Below are positions 36,033 to 47,325 of a stretch of DNA of 64,000 nt, piece after piece. Position 1 is the first letter of the stretch. Each line of letters starts with the position of its first letter. The position numbers and the translations under genes were made by a program. This DNA is from Macrostomum lignano (lineage: Eukaryota), in NCBI GenBank assembly GCA_002269645.1, contig NIVC01000572.1:413309-477308 (forward strand), in the 5' to 3' direction. The notes beneath the pieces were generated by a model. It did no database searches. It saw only the letters and a list, made by a program, of their open reading frames with translations, and had not been told where the DNA came from.

Positions 36033-37599
36033 GCTGACTGTATTTCTAGCCTAGGAGCACCAGCAAGCAAGTTAGTGAGTGGCGCACATAAAATAAACAA
36101 ATAGTTGACAATAAGCACCTGAGTTATCTTTGTTAGCATTAGCAACAGCAATTGAAGTTCTTAGCCTATCGCAGCCAAAGGGTCTTTTTTGCATATGACA
36201 GCCTCTTCTTATAGTCCAGATCATACTACTCATGCAAAATATTTTAGCACAGATTCAAACTTCCAACATTCAGTTTAGAAATGCCAATGTAAATTCTCAG
36301 ATAGGGTTGGCTGGTATTGGCATAACTATAAATCCACATTATATATTTTGTAAAGGAATATTTATGAGTACTGTAGTACATATAACAATTATGTTGCAGC
36401 TGTTACACATTTTAAATTTATTAAACCAAATGTTATAATAAAAGTACAAAATTTTTGTTAGTATCTTTCAGATTCTTTCATTTGTTTAAAAACATAAATG
36501 GAATATGCCATTCCATTGGCATAACTCTAGGAAAGGTTAAAGGGAAAAGGCAATAAGGCTAAAGAGGAACAACTTTGCTTAGCACTCTAACTCTAAACAA
36601 ACAATCTTGCACACTCTGAAGTAAGTATAAATTCTAGTAAACATTTGTTAATTATTTTAATATCTATTATTATTTTACATTTTTTATGACACATTGCATT
36701 AACAAATTAAGGTTATTTTGTCACGCTTTTAACTTTGGCACTTTATTTTTATTAAATATAATTTATAAAACCACTCTATTAGTTTCTAGTATAATGTAAA
36801 AAATCAATTTATTTGAAATTATCTATTTTTTGGTATTACCCAAATATAAACTAGGGACAAAAACTTTATTGTTTTGTCACTAGATAATAATAAAAACTAT
36901 GCTAATTAAAGTTAAAAAAGGTTATCTGAATTTATAATACTTACCACAAAAAGCTTACTTATTTTTTGCATTAATTTTTAATTGCCAATATAGGGTTGCA
37001 TAGCATTTTTCTTTAAATTAGCTAAAATTAGCTTAAAATTTATACAAAATACTTAAAAACTTTGACTAACTTATAGTTACTACTCAATCCTTCTAGCCTT
37101 CACTTTTAAACTTAAATAAAAAGCAATAAAGATCTTGTCTAAAAAATACATTAAAGAAAACCACTGCTCATTTGTGTTCAAAAATGGCATGTTTGAAACT
37201 GAATAACAAAAAATATGCAAAATTGAAAGCCCACAAAGCAATTTATTGGACAATGCTTATATATCAACTTTGGTTTACAATCATTTGAATGTGTAATGCA
37301 CATAAAAATAATCATGAACTGAAGCTCTAGGTAAAAGATAATAATGTAAAAGTAATGCATATGTACTTTGTGTAAAGATAAATGTATTGCTAGCCAGCTT
37401 TGGTTTGCAATCATTTCAATGAAGTGCATGTGTGGAAATGTTTGTAAACCAAAGGTAAAGGGGCATGTGGCACTTAAGATTAATTTTAATAAGGCTAAGA
37501 GCTTTTATTTCCTTTATGCTTCCATTTAGGAGTTTACAGACATGGTATGGCATTGAATTAGAAGCCATAATACAGTCGTTTCAATATTTAATCTTAAAA

Positions 37600-40500
37600 T
37601 ATTTTGGCACAATCTTGTAAAATTTTGAGTTTCAAAGTTAATCCTGAGCGGCGCTGTGCACTTTTAAAGTTAATTGTTTTTTTAAGCGTAGCAACCACCC
37701 CAACCTCTGCCCGCCTGCCTCTCTTACCCAATCTGGGCCCAGATGTGTAAAAGGGTTTCAAAATTGACTAACTTTCAGCTGCCATAAGTTTGCTCCACGT
37801 AAAGCGATTGATTTCAAACCTGACACAATTCTTCATTGACCCATTCTCTATCTAAATGTAAAGTTTCAACTCTGTAACTCAATCAAAAAAGAAACTGTAA
37901 GCATGTGAAGTTTGTCTGCTTTTTCTGTTGTTTGTGCCACTCACTCACTCATTCCCCCAGAGCCAGATGAAGGGTCAGGCGATAGGACTGAATGTACATA
38001 GAAAATGTACAGTGTTTTGGAATAACTTTATTTATAGCCTTCTCTGCACCCTGAGAGTGGAAAGGCTATGTTTAGCTATAACAGTTCAGTGAGAAATTCT
38101 AACCACTGCCCACCCTCCCTTCTGTATTGGCAAACTCTGCAGCAGTTTAACAGTGGATGGCAATTGGCAAATCAAGGGAATGCACTATCCAGCATGGTTT
38201 GTAAAAGCGAAAGATTTATGAAAAGGCAATGCGATGCAATGCAATACAACCCTACTAAATTAGGCACACCATGGAAATTTTAGGTTTCTTTTAAAGGTAC
38301 TGTGTAAATTTTAAATGGCCTCCTAAGAAATGCATATTTCCTTGGTTGTTAGACTGATGCAGACTGCAGTGGAGCTAAAGATACACAAATTCCTTTCAGG
38401 GCTGCAAATTGGCAAGAAAGATGACATGATCAAAGCATGAGAACAACCATGAGAGTACTACGTCTTACAAACTGGCTTTCCAAGGATGGGCAGACTTTTA
38501 CCTCAAAGGCCAGATAAAGAATCCAGCTCATAGCTGAGGGGCAGATGAAAGTGGAAAGAAGAAGGAAAAAATGATTTGAAGAGAGGAGAGGCAACAGAGG
38601 GAATAAAAGAAAGATAAAATATAATAGGAGAGATGAGGGGGTGAGGACAATGAGAAAGAGGGGGAGAAGAGGGGAGAGAGGAAAAGCGAGAGGAGAGAGT
38701 AGAGATGAGAGAGCAGAGAGCTGCAGAAGAGAGAAGAGAGGAGACAGCAGAGAGGAGAGCAAAGAGGAAACAGGTGAAAGAAGAGATGAAAGAGTTAAGG
38801 GAAGAGAGAAGAGATGAAGATATATCTCTACATCTCTAAGGTTGTAGAGATGAGAGAGGTGGAAGGAGAGATGAGAAATGAGAGATGAGAGATAACGGAG
38901 AGAGGAGAGTGGAGTGAGAGAAGAGAGGGAGACAGAGTATAGAAAACGAAAGAGAAGAGAAAAGAAGAAAGGAGAAAGGAAAGTGAAGAGTCAAAAGAGG
39001 GGAAAGAAAAGAGTACGGAGGAGAGAGGTGAGAGAAGGAAAGAGAGGAAAAGCAAGAGGAGAGAGTAGAGATAAGAGCAAAGAGCTGCAGATGAGAGAAG
39101 AGAGGAGACAGCAGAGAGGAGAGCAAAGAGGAAACAGGTGAAAGAAGAGATGAAAGAGTAAAGGGAAGAGAGAAGAGATGAAGATACATCTCTACATCTC
39201 TAAGGTTGTAGAGATGAGAAAGGTAGAAGGAGAGATGAGAAATGAGAGATGAGAGATAATAGAGAGAGGAGAGTGGAGTGAGAGAAGAGAGGGAGACAGA
39301 GTATAGAAAATAGAAGAGGAGAGAAAAGAAGAAAGGAGAAAGAAAAGTGAAGAGTCAAAAGAGGGGAAAGAAAAGAGTACGGAGGAGAGAGGTGAGAGAA
39401 CATATAAGACAGATGAGAGAGGTTACTCAGTAGTGATGAATCAAAATTCGATTTTGATTTTGATATTCCGAATTTCGAAACTAATTTTGCATCGAAATAA
39501 TTTTGATTTTGATTTTGAATTTCGACACCATTCATCGAAAATCGTTTCAAAATTTTGGTTATATTTTAACAATTTAGACATTGATGATCATGCTACACGA
39601 GTTAGAAAATCTATAGGAAATGAAAGGAAGTGCAGTTCAAAGACTCAGTGAGGAGGTGAGAATCGTCTTTTCTACAAGAAAAGATTGTGTAGGGCACATA
39701 CTGTTCAAGGCCTTGTGCTACACCCACCTCAACCTCCACAAGCCCACTGGCTGAACTCATTGGCGTGGATTTTAATTGGCTAAAGACTTATAAAGCCTTA
39801 ATGAAATGGATATAGGCTACTTGTATCTAGATCTTCAGCTTCAACAGCGGTGAAGTATTATACAACTTCTACTATATTTCTATGTACGAGTGTATAATAC
39901 GTAAAATACCAGCATTTTCTATTTCTTTTTTTAAGTAAGTTAAATCTAAAGTATTCTGGTTTAAACATATCAAAGATACTTTTTATAAAACATGTAAGCT
40001 CATACATGCAGAGGCAAGGTGTTAACCTTTTTGCATGATTAGCAAAAAAGTAAAAATTTGTTAAGCTCAAAAAATTTTGATTTTGATTACAATTTCAATT
40101 TTGATTCTAAGGAACCAAAAATTTTGATTTTGATTTTGATTTGAAAAATAATTTCAATCCATCACTATTACTCAGGGATAAGAGAGCAGAGACGAGAGTG
40201 AACAGATAGGAGAGTAAAGAGAACAGAGGAGAGGTTACAGAGACAAGAGGAGAGAGGAGAGACAAAGGTAGAGAAGTGAGTGAGGAGAGAGGAGAGGAGA
40301 GAGAAAATGAATAAGTAGAGAGGAGAGAGAAAATGAATAAGTAGAGAGGAGAGGAGAGAGAAAAGAAGAGACAAGAGATGAGATAAGAGAGATGAAAGAG
40401 AAGAGAGATGAGGGAAGATACAAAAGAAGAGGGGAGAGAGGAGAGACAAGGGACAAGAGAGATAAGAGGAAACAAAGAGACAATAGAAATTTCAAAGGAT

Positions 40501-40772
40501 CCAAGGGACGTAGGGAAAGTCAGTGAGAGACCAGTTTAGCAATATATGTTTTAGAGTCAGACAGACATTGCCTAACATTCTGCGCAGTACCCCAGCCAAC
40601 AATGTCTCAAACCCTAATTTTACACAAATGTGCTCCATTTTATGTCTACCTCTATCTTACTAACTATTAATAAGTTTTTGTTTCTATATGGCCTTAGATA
40701 TCAGAATACATGCAAAAGTAGTTCTGGGTATTGGAATTCCCCGGGTTCAAAATCTGCGGGTTTCAACAGCTT
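37600..40772 (+). mobile_element. Non-autonomous Helitron-like element, 5'-truncated copy with internal GA-rich tract
   Basis: Inverted homologue of 42976-45360. Homology stops exactly after the hairpin-TTTCAACAGCTTG|T 3' end. Confidence 0.7.
39431..40167. mobile_element. hAT-type MITE (737 bp)
   Basis: TIR TAGTGATG...CATCACTA. Perfect 8-bp TSD TTACTCAG at 39423-39430 and 40168-40175. ATTTTG subterminal repeats. Confidence 0.9.
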
Positions 40773-42832
40773 GTATTAAATATATATTAGAAATATGTTG
40801 TATATTTTGTACAATGATTTGTTTAAAACTGTAATAAATTTTTATACTATAAACAGCTATTTGAGGGCCTGACCAAAATAAATTCTCACCTTTAAGCTCA
40901 AGCTTTGATTGTGCTTACCTGCTTATTTTGCATAAGCTTCTTATTCTATTCTCTTATTTAGAAATAAATTCAATCAGCCTTGGGCTTGTAATCACTTATG
41001 TTACTTATATTGAGTAGTAGATAGTGACTTAGGAATAACCCCAAGACTAGGAGTGTTCAACCTATTTTCAAAAGAACAAGATATCTAGATTAGAATCTGA
41101 GAAATCACTTTTAGAAGGCCTATTTTGCAGATGGTGGGGATATGCCAGAAAATTCCGGCATATACTTGATTTCTGTGGCACACACTAGCGTATATTTCTT
41201 GGCTATGTACAGTGTGGCGTACAGTCTCAGTGTGATGTATGGCGACTAGCATAGAAATGAATATAAGGAATGTTTTTGTGCTTTTTCTGTGTTAAGTTAT
41301 TTCAAAAACTATTTTTTCTGCTACTATTTTATCATTTACTAATCATTTTAATTACTGGAATTGTCACAACAATTGTCATGTTGTTATCAATTTTTTGTAG
41401 TTCAATTTTAAATTTAAATATTCATTGATTTTTTATTGTTTTTTCAAGTTGGCACACATTTAAAATCTATTGGCATACAATTGAAAATTCAATAAAAATG
41501 TGTCCGGCATACATAGAAAACCTTTTGCAATACAATAGAAGGTAGAAATCTTACCACAGGGTAGAGAGATCTAGACATAAAGTCTGAAGAGAAACCCTTA
41601 AGGGAAACCCTCCTAGAGGAGAAAACTGGGAGATTTAAAGAATTAGAAATATAGTGCCATTAGACTGTTTAGGCTAAAAGTACATATGCTACCAGTAAAC
41701 ATACAAGGCCTACAGGAAATAACCAATAAAATCAAGTAGTAAGAAATAACCCTAGGGCCTAGTACAAATTTAGCAAAAAAGGAGGATAGGCCCTAGAAAT
41801 AACCCCTGTTACAAATTGGTGGCAGTTTGTAAAGATTATATTAGGGACAGAAGTTAACCCCTACAACATTAATATTGTTAATTGTTAAACTTAAATGTAG
41901 AAAGAAAGGCAATATGGAACATAACTTGATATATATCAAATGTAAGTATGATATTAAATAATATTGGTGATGGTGGGCAATTCCACAATAGGGTCAACCA
42001 AAGTTAATTGAACTTCTTGGTCTAAAAAATAGGCCTATCCAGACTAAGTTAAGGCCTAGTAGAAGCAGTCATAAAAAGTATTTAAGAAAAAGAAGTGCAT
42101 GCTATATGTGTTGTCTAAAGCTCATAAAATCTCGAGTTAAAACGCAAATACAGTAAACTAATACAGTTCTAAGAAGGTGTAAGCAAACACTCTTGCTTAG
42201 AACAAGGAAGCTCTTTCACTCGTCACAATGACAAATGAAGTATTGGCAGAAGTACTGTTTTAGATTGTTCTGAACAAAAAAGACATACTTATTATTTTAG
42301 AAAAAAATAGTTCTATTTTTTTAGCTGTGTTTTAATTTACATAAAAAAGCAACGAAACATAGTTTGGATAAAACGAAAAGATACTAGCACATTAAAATTG
42401 TTTAAACTGATATAACTATTTTCCTTACGGTGCTAGATTTAAAACTTCCTAGTCTTTGTTTATGAGATTTTAGGATTATGAATGAATTTATAAGTATACT
42501 ATTATTTGATGTAAGGCGATACGAGGATATATTTCACAATTTTAAGATAAGATTGATCAAATATTAAATTATTTCTCAAGGACGACTTTAAGTAGGACGG
42601 GAAATCTCGCTTCTTGGAAAATTTTTGAAGTCAGGCTTTATCGAAAAAAATACAACGACGGGAGATAGGAAGTTTTCATTTTCAGCACAAAAATGTTATT
42701 GCTTTTGATTGAAGGCAGATCCAGTGTTCATCTTTTGATATGTTGTGCCTTTCTTATTGCTCACGATCGATATTCATAAAGCTTTTTGTTCGAAGAATTA
42801 TAATTCTATGTTAATTTTTTATTCTACGGTAC

Positions 42833-42893
42833 TTAGCTGCAGGGCTGTCCCGGAGGGGACACAGCGGGAAGGCGCGGGCGCCCATTCCGCTAG
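42833..42893 (-). mobile_element. 61-nt retrocopy of a LOA-like LINE 3' end
   Basis: Matches 51050-51110 of the large LINE. 12-bp TSD ATTCTACGGTAC at 42821-42832 and 42894-42905. Confidence 0.85.
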
Positions 42894-42975
42894 ATTCTAC
42901 GGTACACATTTACACGTATCTTGTGCCTAAAAACCATTAAAATGGCACGCTGAGCTCTTTGGTTTTATGAGTCTA

Positions 42976-45642
42976 CAAGCTGTTGAAACCCGCGGATTTT
43001 GAACCCGGGGAATTCCAATCCCCGGAACTACTTTTGCATGTATTCTGAAATCTAAGGCCATACACAAACAAATTAATGTTAGTAGGATAGAGGTAGACAT
43101 AAAATGGAGCACATTTGTGTAAAATTAGGGTTTGAGGCAAACGTTGATATTGTTTGCTGGGGTACTCCACAGAATGCCAGGCAATGTCTGTCTGACTCTA
43201 AAACATGTATTGGCAAACTCTGGCCTCTCTCTGACTCTCCCTACGTCCGTTAGATCCTTTAAAATTTCTATCGTCTCTTCTGTTTCCTCTCTTCTCTCTC
43301 GTCCCTCGTCTCTCCTCTCTCCTCTCTCTTCTCTCCTCTCTTCTTTCGTATCTTCCCCCATCTCTCTTCTCTTTCATCTCTCTTATCTCATCTCGTCCCT
43401 ATTCTTTTCTCTCACCTCTCCTCTCTCCTCTCTACTCTTTCGTTTTCTCTCTCCTCTCCTCTCTCTTCTCTCCCCCTCTTCTCTCGTCTCTTCCTTCTCC
43501 TCTCTATTCTTTTCTCTCTTCTCTTAACTCTCTCCTCTACTCTCTCATCTCTCCTCTCTACTCTTTCCTCTCTCTCTCCTCTCCCATCTCTCTTCTCCTC
43601 TCTACTCTCTCCCCTCTTCATTCTCCTGTTTCCTCTTCTCTCTCCCTGTCTCTCCTCTCTCCTCTAGTCTCTGTAATCTCTTCTCTCTTATCTCTCCTCT
43701 GTTCTCTGTACTCTCCCATCTCTCGTCTGTTCATCTGCTCTCTCATCTGTCATTTTTACTCTCTTATACGTTCTCTCACTTATCTCCTCTGTACTCTTCT
43801 CTTCACCTCTTCTCACTCCTCTCTTTCCTTACTCCTCTCTTCTTTTCTTTTCCCTTTCTATACTCTCTCTCCTCTATTATCTTCTCTCGTCTCTCTGCAC
43901 TCTCCTCTCACCTTTTTCATCTCTCATTTCTTCTTTGATCTGTCTCATCTCTACAATCTCATCTATTTCCTCTCTCCTCCTCTTCCCTTTACTCTCTCAT
44001 CTCTCCTTTCTCCCCTCTTCTTACACCCCTCTCTTATCTCTATCTCTTCTCTTCTCACCCCTTCTCTCCCCCTCTTATCTCCTCTCTTTTCTATCCTTTC
44101 TACTCTCTCCTCTCTAATCTCTCATCTCCTCTTGACCCTCTGTCATCTTCTTTCTGCTCTCTCATCTCTCATCTCCTCTCATCTCTTCTCACTCTTCTCT
44201 ACTCTCCTCTCATCGATCCTCTGTCTCATCTCTCCCCTCTTCTCGCCTTTACTCTTTCCTCTCCCTCCTTTCTCCCCTCCTCTCACTTCTTCCTCCCTTC
44301 TTCTCTGCTCTCTCCTCACCACTTGTCTCTCCTCTTATATTCCATGTTTTCTCATATCCCCCTCTCGCCTCTCCTCTCTTCTAATAGTCTATTCCTTCTC
44401 CTTTCCACTCTCATCTGGCCCGCACATAAGCTGGATTCTTTATCTGGCTTTTGAAGTAAAAGTCTGCCCATTCCTGCTTGGTAAGCCATGCAGTTTGTGG
44501 AACGTAGTACTCTCATGGCTGTTCTCATGCTTTGATCACGTCATCTTTCTTGCCAATTTGCAGCCCTGAAAGGAATTTGTGTATTTTCAGCTCCACTGCA
44601 GTCTGCATCAGTCTAACAACCAAGGAAATAAGCATTTCTTAGGACATTTAATATTTAAAGTACTTTTAAGAGAAACCTAAAATTTCCATGGTGTGACTAA
44701 TTTAGTAGGGTTGTATTGCATTGCATCGCCTTTTCATAAATATTTCGCTTTTACAAACCATGCTGGATAGTGGATTCCCTCGATTTGCCCATTGCCAATT
44801 GCCATCCACTGTTAAACTGCTGCAGAGTTTGCCAATACAGAGGGGAGGGCAGTGGTTAGAATTTCTCACTAAACTGTCATGGCTAAACGTAGCCTCTCCA
44901 CTCTCGGTGTGCAGAGAAGGCTATAAATAAAGTTATTCCAAAACACTGTACATTCGCTATGTACATTGAGCCCTATCGCCTGACCCTTCGTCTGGCTCTG
45001 GGGGGAATGAGTGATTGAGTGGCACAAGCAACAGAAAAAGCAGACAAACTTTACATGTTTACAGTTTCTGTTCTGATTGAGTTAGAGAGTTGAAACTTTA
45101 CATTTAGACAGAGAATAAGTCAATGAAGAATTGTGTCAAGTTTGAAGTCAATCGCTTTACTTGGAGCAAACTTATGGCAGCTGAAGGTTAGTCAATTTTG
45201 AAACCCTTTTACACATCTGGGCCCAGATCGGGAAAGAGAGGCAGGCGGGCGGAGGTTGGGGTGGCTGCCTCGCTGAAAAAAACAGCCAAACTTTAAAAGT
45301 GCACAGCGGCTTTCAGGATTAACTTTGAGATTTGAAATTTTACAAGATTGTGTCAAAATAGTTGAAAATTGCCTGTGTCAAATTTGAAGAGAATCGGTAG
45401 AAGTGGAGCGGCGCTATGGAGGATTTAGTGAAAAAATCGCGCATTTTGAGCAGTTTTTTGTACTTTTAGGTAGGAAGACTTGAGTCTAGGAAATTAAAAG
45501 GTAGCCTAAGACATTTTCCGTAGTGAGTTTAGGGTGGGTGTAAAGTTTGGTGTAATTTGGTTGAGTGGTTTGGGAGTCCATAGCGATCAAAATTGTCCAC
45601 ACACACACACACACACAGAGTTTTGATTTTTATATGTAGAGA
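42976..45642 (-). mobile_element. Non-autonomous Helitron-like element, complete (2667 bp)
   Basis: Minus strand reads A|TCTCTACATATAAAAATC...(GT)n at the 5' end and CCCG..CGGG hairpin plus CAGCTTG|T at the 3' end. Inserted between A and T with no TSD. Confidence 0.75.
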
Positions 45643-46237
45643 TTTTATCATTCTTAGCTGACTGTGTTACACAAATATTTGTCACAGAGATGATAAAATA
45701 GATTCAAGGTACATAAAATGTACGTAGAATAAAAAATTAACATAGAATTCTAATTCTTTGAACAAAAAGCTTTATGGATATCGATGGAGCAATAAAAACG
45801 GCACAATGCAGATGAACACTGCAGGATCTGCCTCCAATCAAAGCAATAACAATGTTGTGCTGAAAAAATGAAAACTTACTATCTCCGCGTAGTGTATTTT
45901 TTTCGGAAAAGCCTGCCTTCAAAAATTTTCCAAGAAACGAGGTTTCCCGTTCTTCTACTTAAGTCGTCCTTGTTATCTCTAAGTGTTATATATTGCAATT
46001 GGCTATACCAGAGCCTCATTTTCCGTCGAATCGCGAATCCATAAATTTGGCCGGCAATAAATGTAAAAATGTAGATTAATCACCTGCCAACGCTAAGCAA
46101 CTCGCCAGAATCTGAAAGTATTTGCTTGAGATCTTCTAGATATGTCTATAATGCTGGCAAAAGTTGATATTACTCGTGCATTGCTTAACTTGTTGCCTCA
46201 TGCTTAATAATATACAATAAAACCTGTGCGGTTTGTA

Positions 46238-47323
46238 GGTCAAGCAGCCGCTGCAACCCGCCGTGATTATCCTCGGCGGGGACTTCGACCTGACGCCCGA
46301 GCAGCTCGACGTCGCGTGGCGTACCATCGACGAGGGCTCGCTCAACCTAACCCGGAGGGAGTCTTCGTGGACATCTTCAAGTCCACCAAGGCGAACGGTG
46401 CATCCTACTGTGGTGCAAATCCGAGGAAAGCACCCAGCTCCTGTGGGATCAGCTGCCCAAGTTCGACTGGCACAGCGACCTGGGCCAGCTGACCTTCGCC
46501 CTGGAGAGCGAGCGGCCGAAGACCATCCGCCATCGGATTTGGGTCTCGGCCGACAGTGCGATCAAGTCCGGGGAGCAGCTGCGGCAGCTCCTGCTCAAGC
46601 GGCACCCGGATCTCGACGCCAGTGGTCTTGTGTACCACAGCACGGTCCGCAAGGGCACGACCGGGGCCACCGTCATCCTCGGCCTGACGGAGGGATGGGC
46701 CAAGCGGCTACCGCACGGCACAAACCTCCACCTTGGTCCCCATCAACTGACCATCCTCCGCTGTGAGGAGGGCAAGGTGGAGACAAAGAACGACGGGAAG
46801 CGCGCCGCTCCCGGAGCTGGGAGGCTCCGCCGGCCAAGCGGCAGCAGCAACCCGATCCCGAGCCTAACAAGGCTATTTGCGCTGCTGAGTCCGCCTCGCG
46901 CGGACGTAGACCCGCCCGCAGTAACCGGCGGTCCGGGCTAATCCAGCGCGCACTTGACGAAGCTCAGTCTCGGAGACTTCACCTCGAGCAGACTCGTGCT
47001 GCTCGCAAAAACACTGAAAGCCAGCCGAGGGAACTGGACGACGGCATGGCTCAGCCTTCCAACTGGTGGGATTACCACCAGGAGGACGCTGCCGGCCGAG
47101 CTCAGACTCCCGACGGCGGGGCGCAAGGCGAAGGCAGCAGCCGTACCCCAGTCGCTGGGGGGAGGGCGGTGTAGCGCGGCTAGGTGACTCACCTGCCGTG
47201 GGCGCCGTGTCCGCCTCTGCGGCGGCTGGGGAGGCGGCTGAGCCTGAGCCAATGGAAATTGGCGACTCAACTCTCACCGATGAGGCTGAGAATGAGTTGC
47301 TTTTCTCCTCCCCTGGACAGTAG
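46238..47323 (+). pseudogene. LINE ORF1 remnant (frameshifted)
   Basis: GC-rich coding-like sequence ending in TAG 2 nt before the ORF2 ATG. Confidence 0.6.
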
Positions 47324-47325
47324 AC

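Larger units (their letters stand above)
42577..45972. mobile_element. Long-TIR foldback/MITE-like element: arms 42577-42925 and 45705-45972, interrupted by later insertions
   Basis: Arms are diverged reverse complements (e.g. CATAAAGCTTTTTGTTC vs GAACAAAAAGCTTTATG). Outer ends and TSD not resolved. Confidence 0.55.

Noticed and set aside
38430-44569. Leu/Ser-rich and Arg/Glu-rich ORFs
   Set aside because: Low-complexity GA/TC tracts inside non-autonomous elements.
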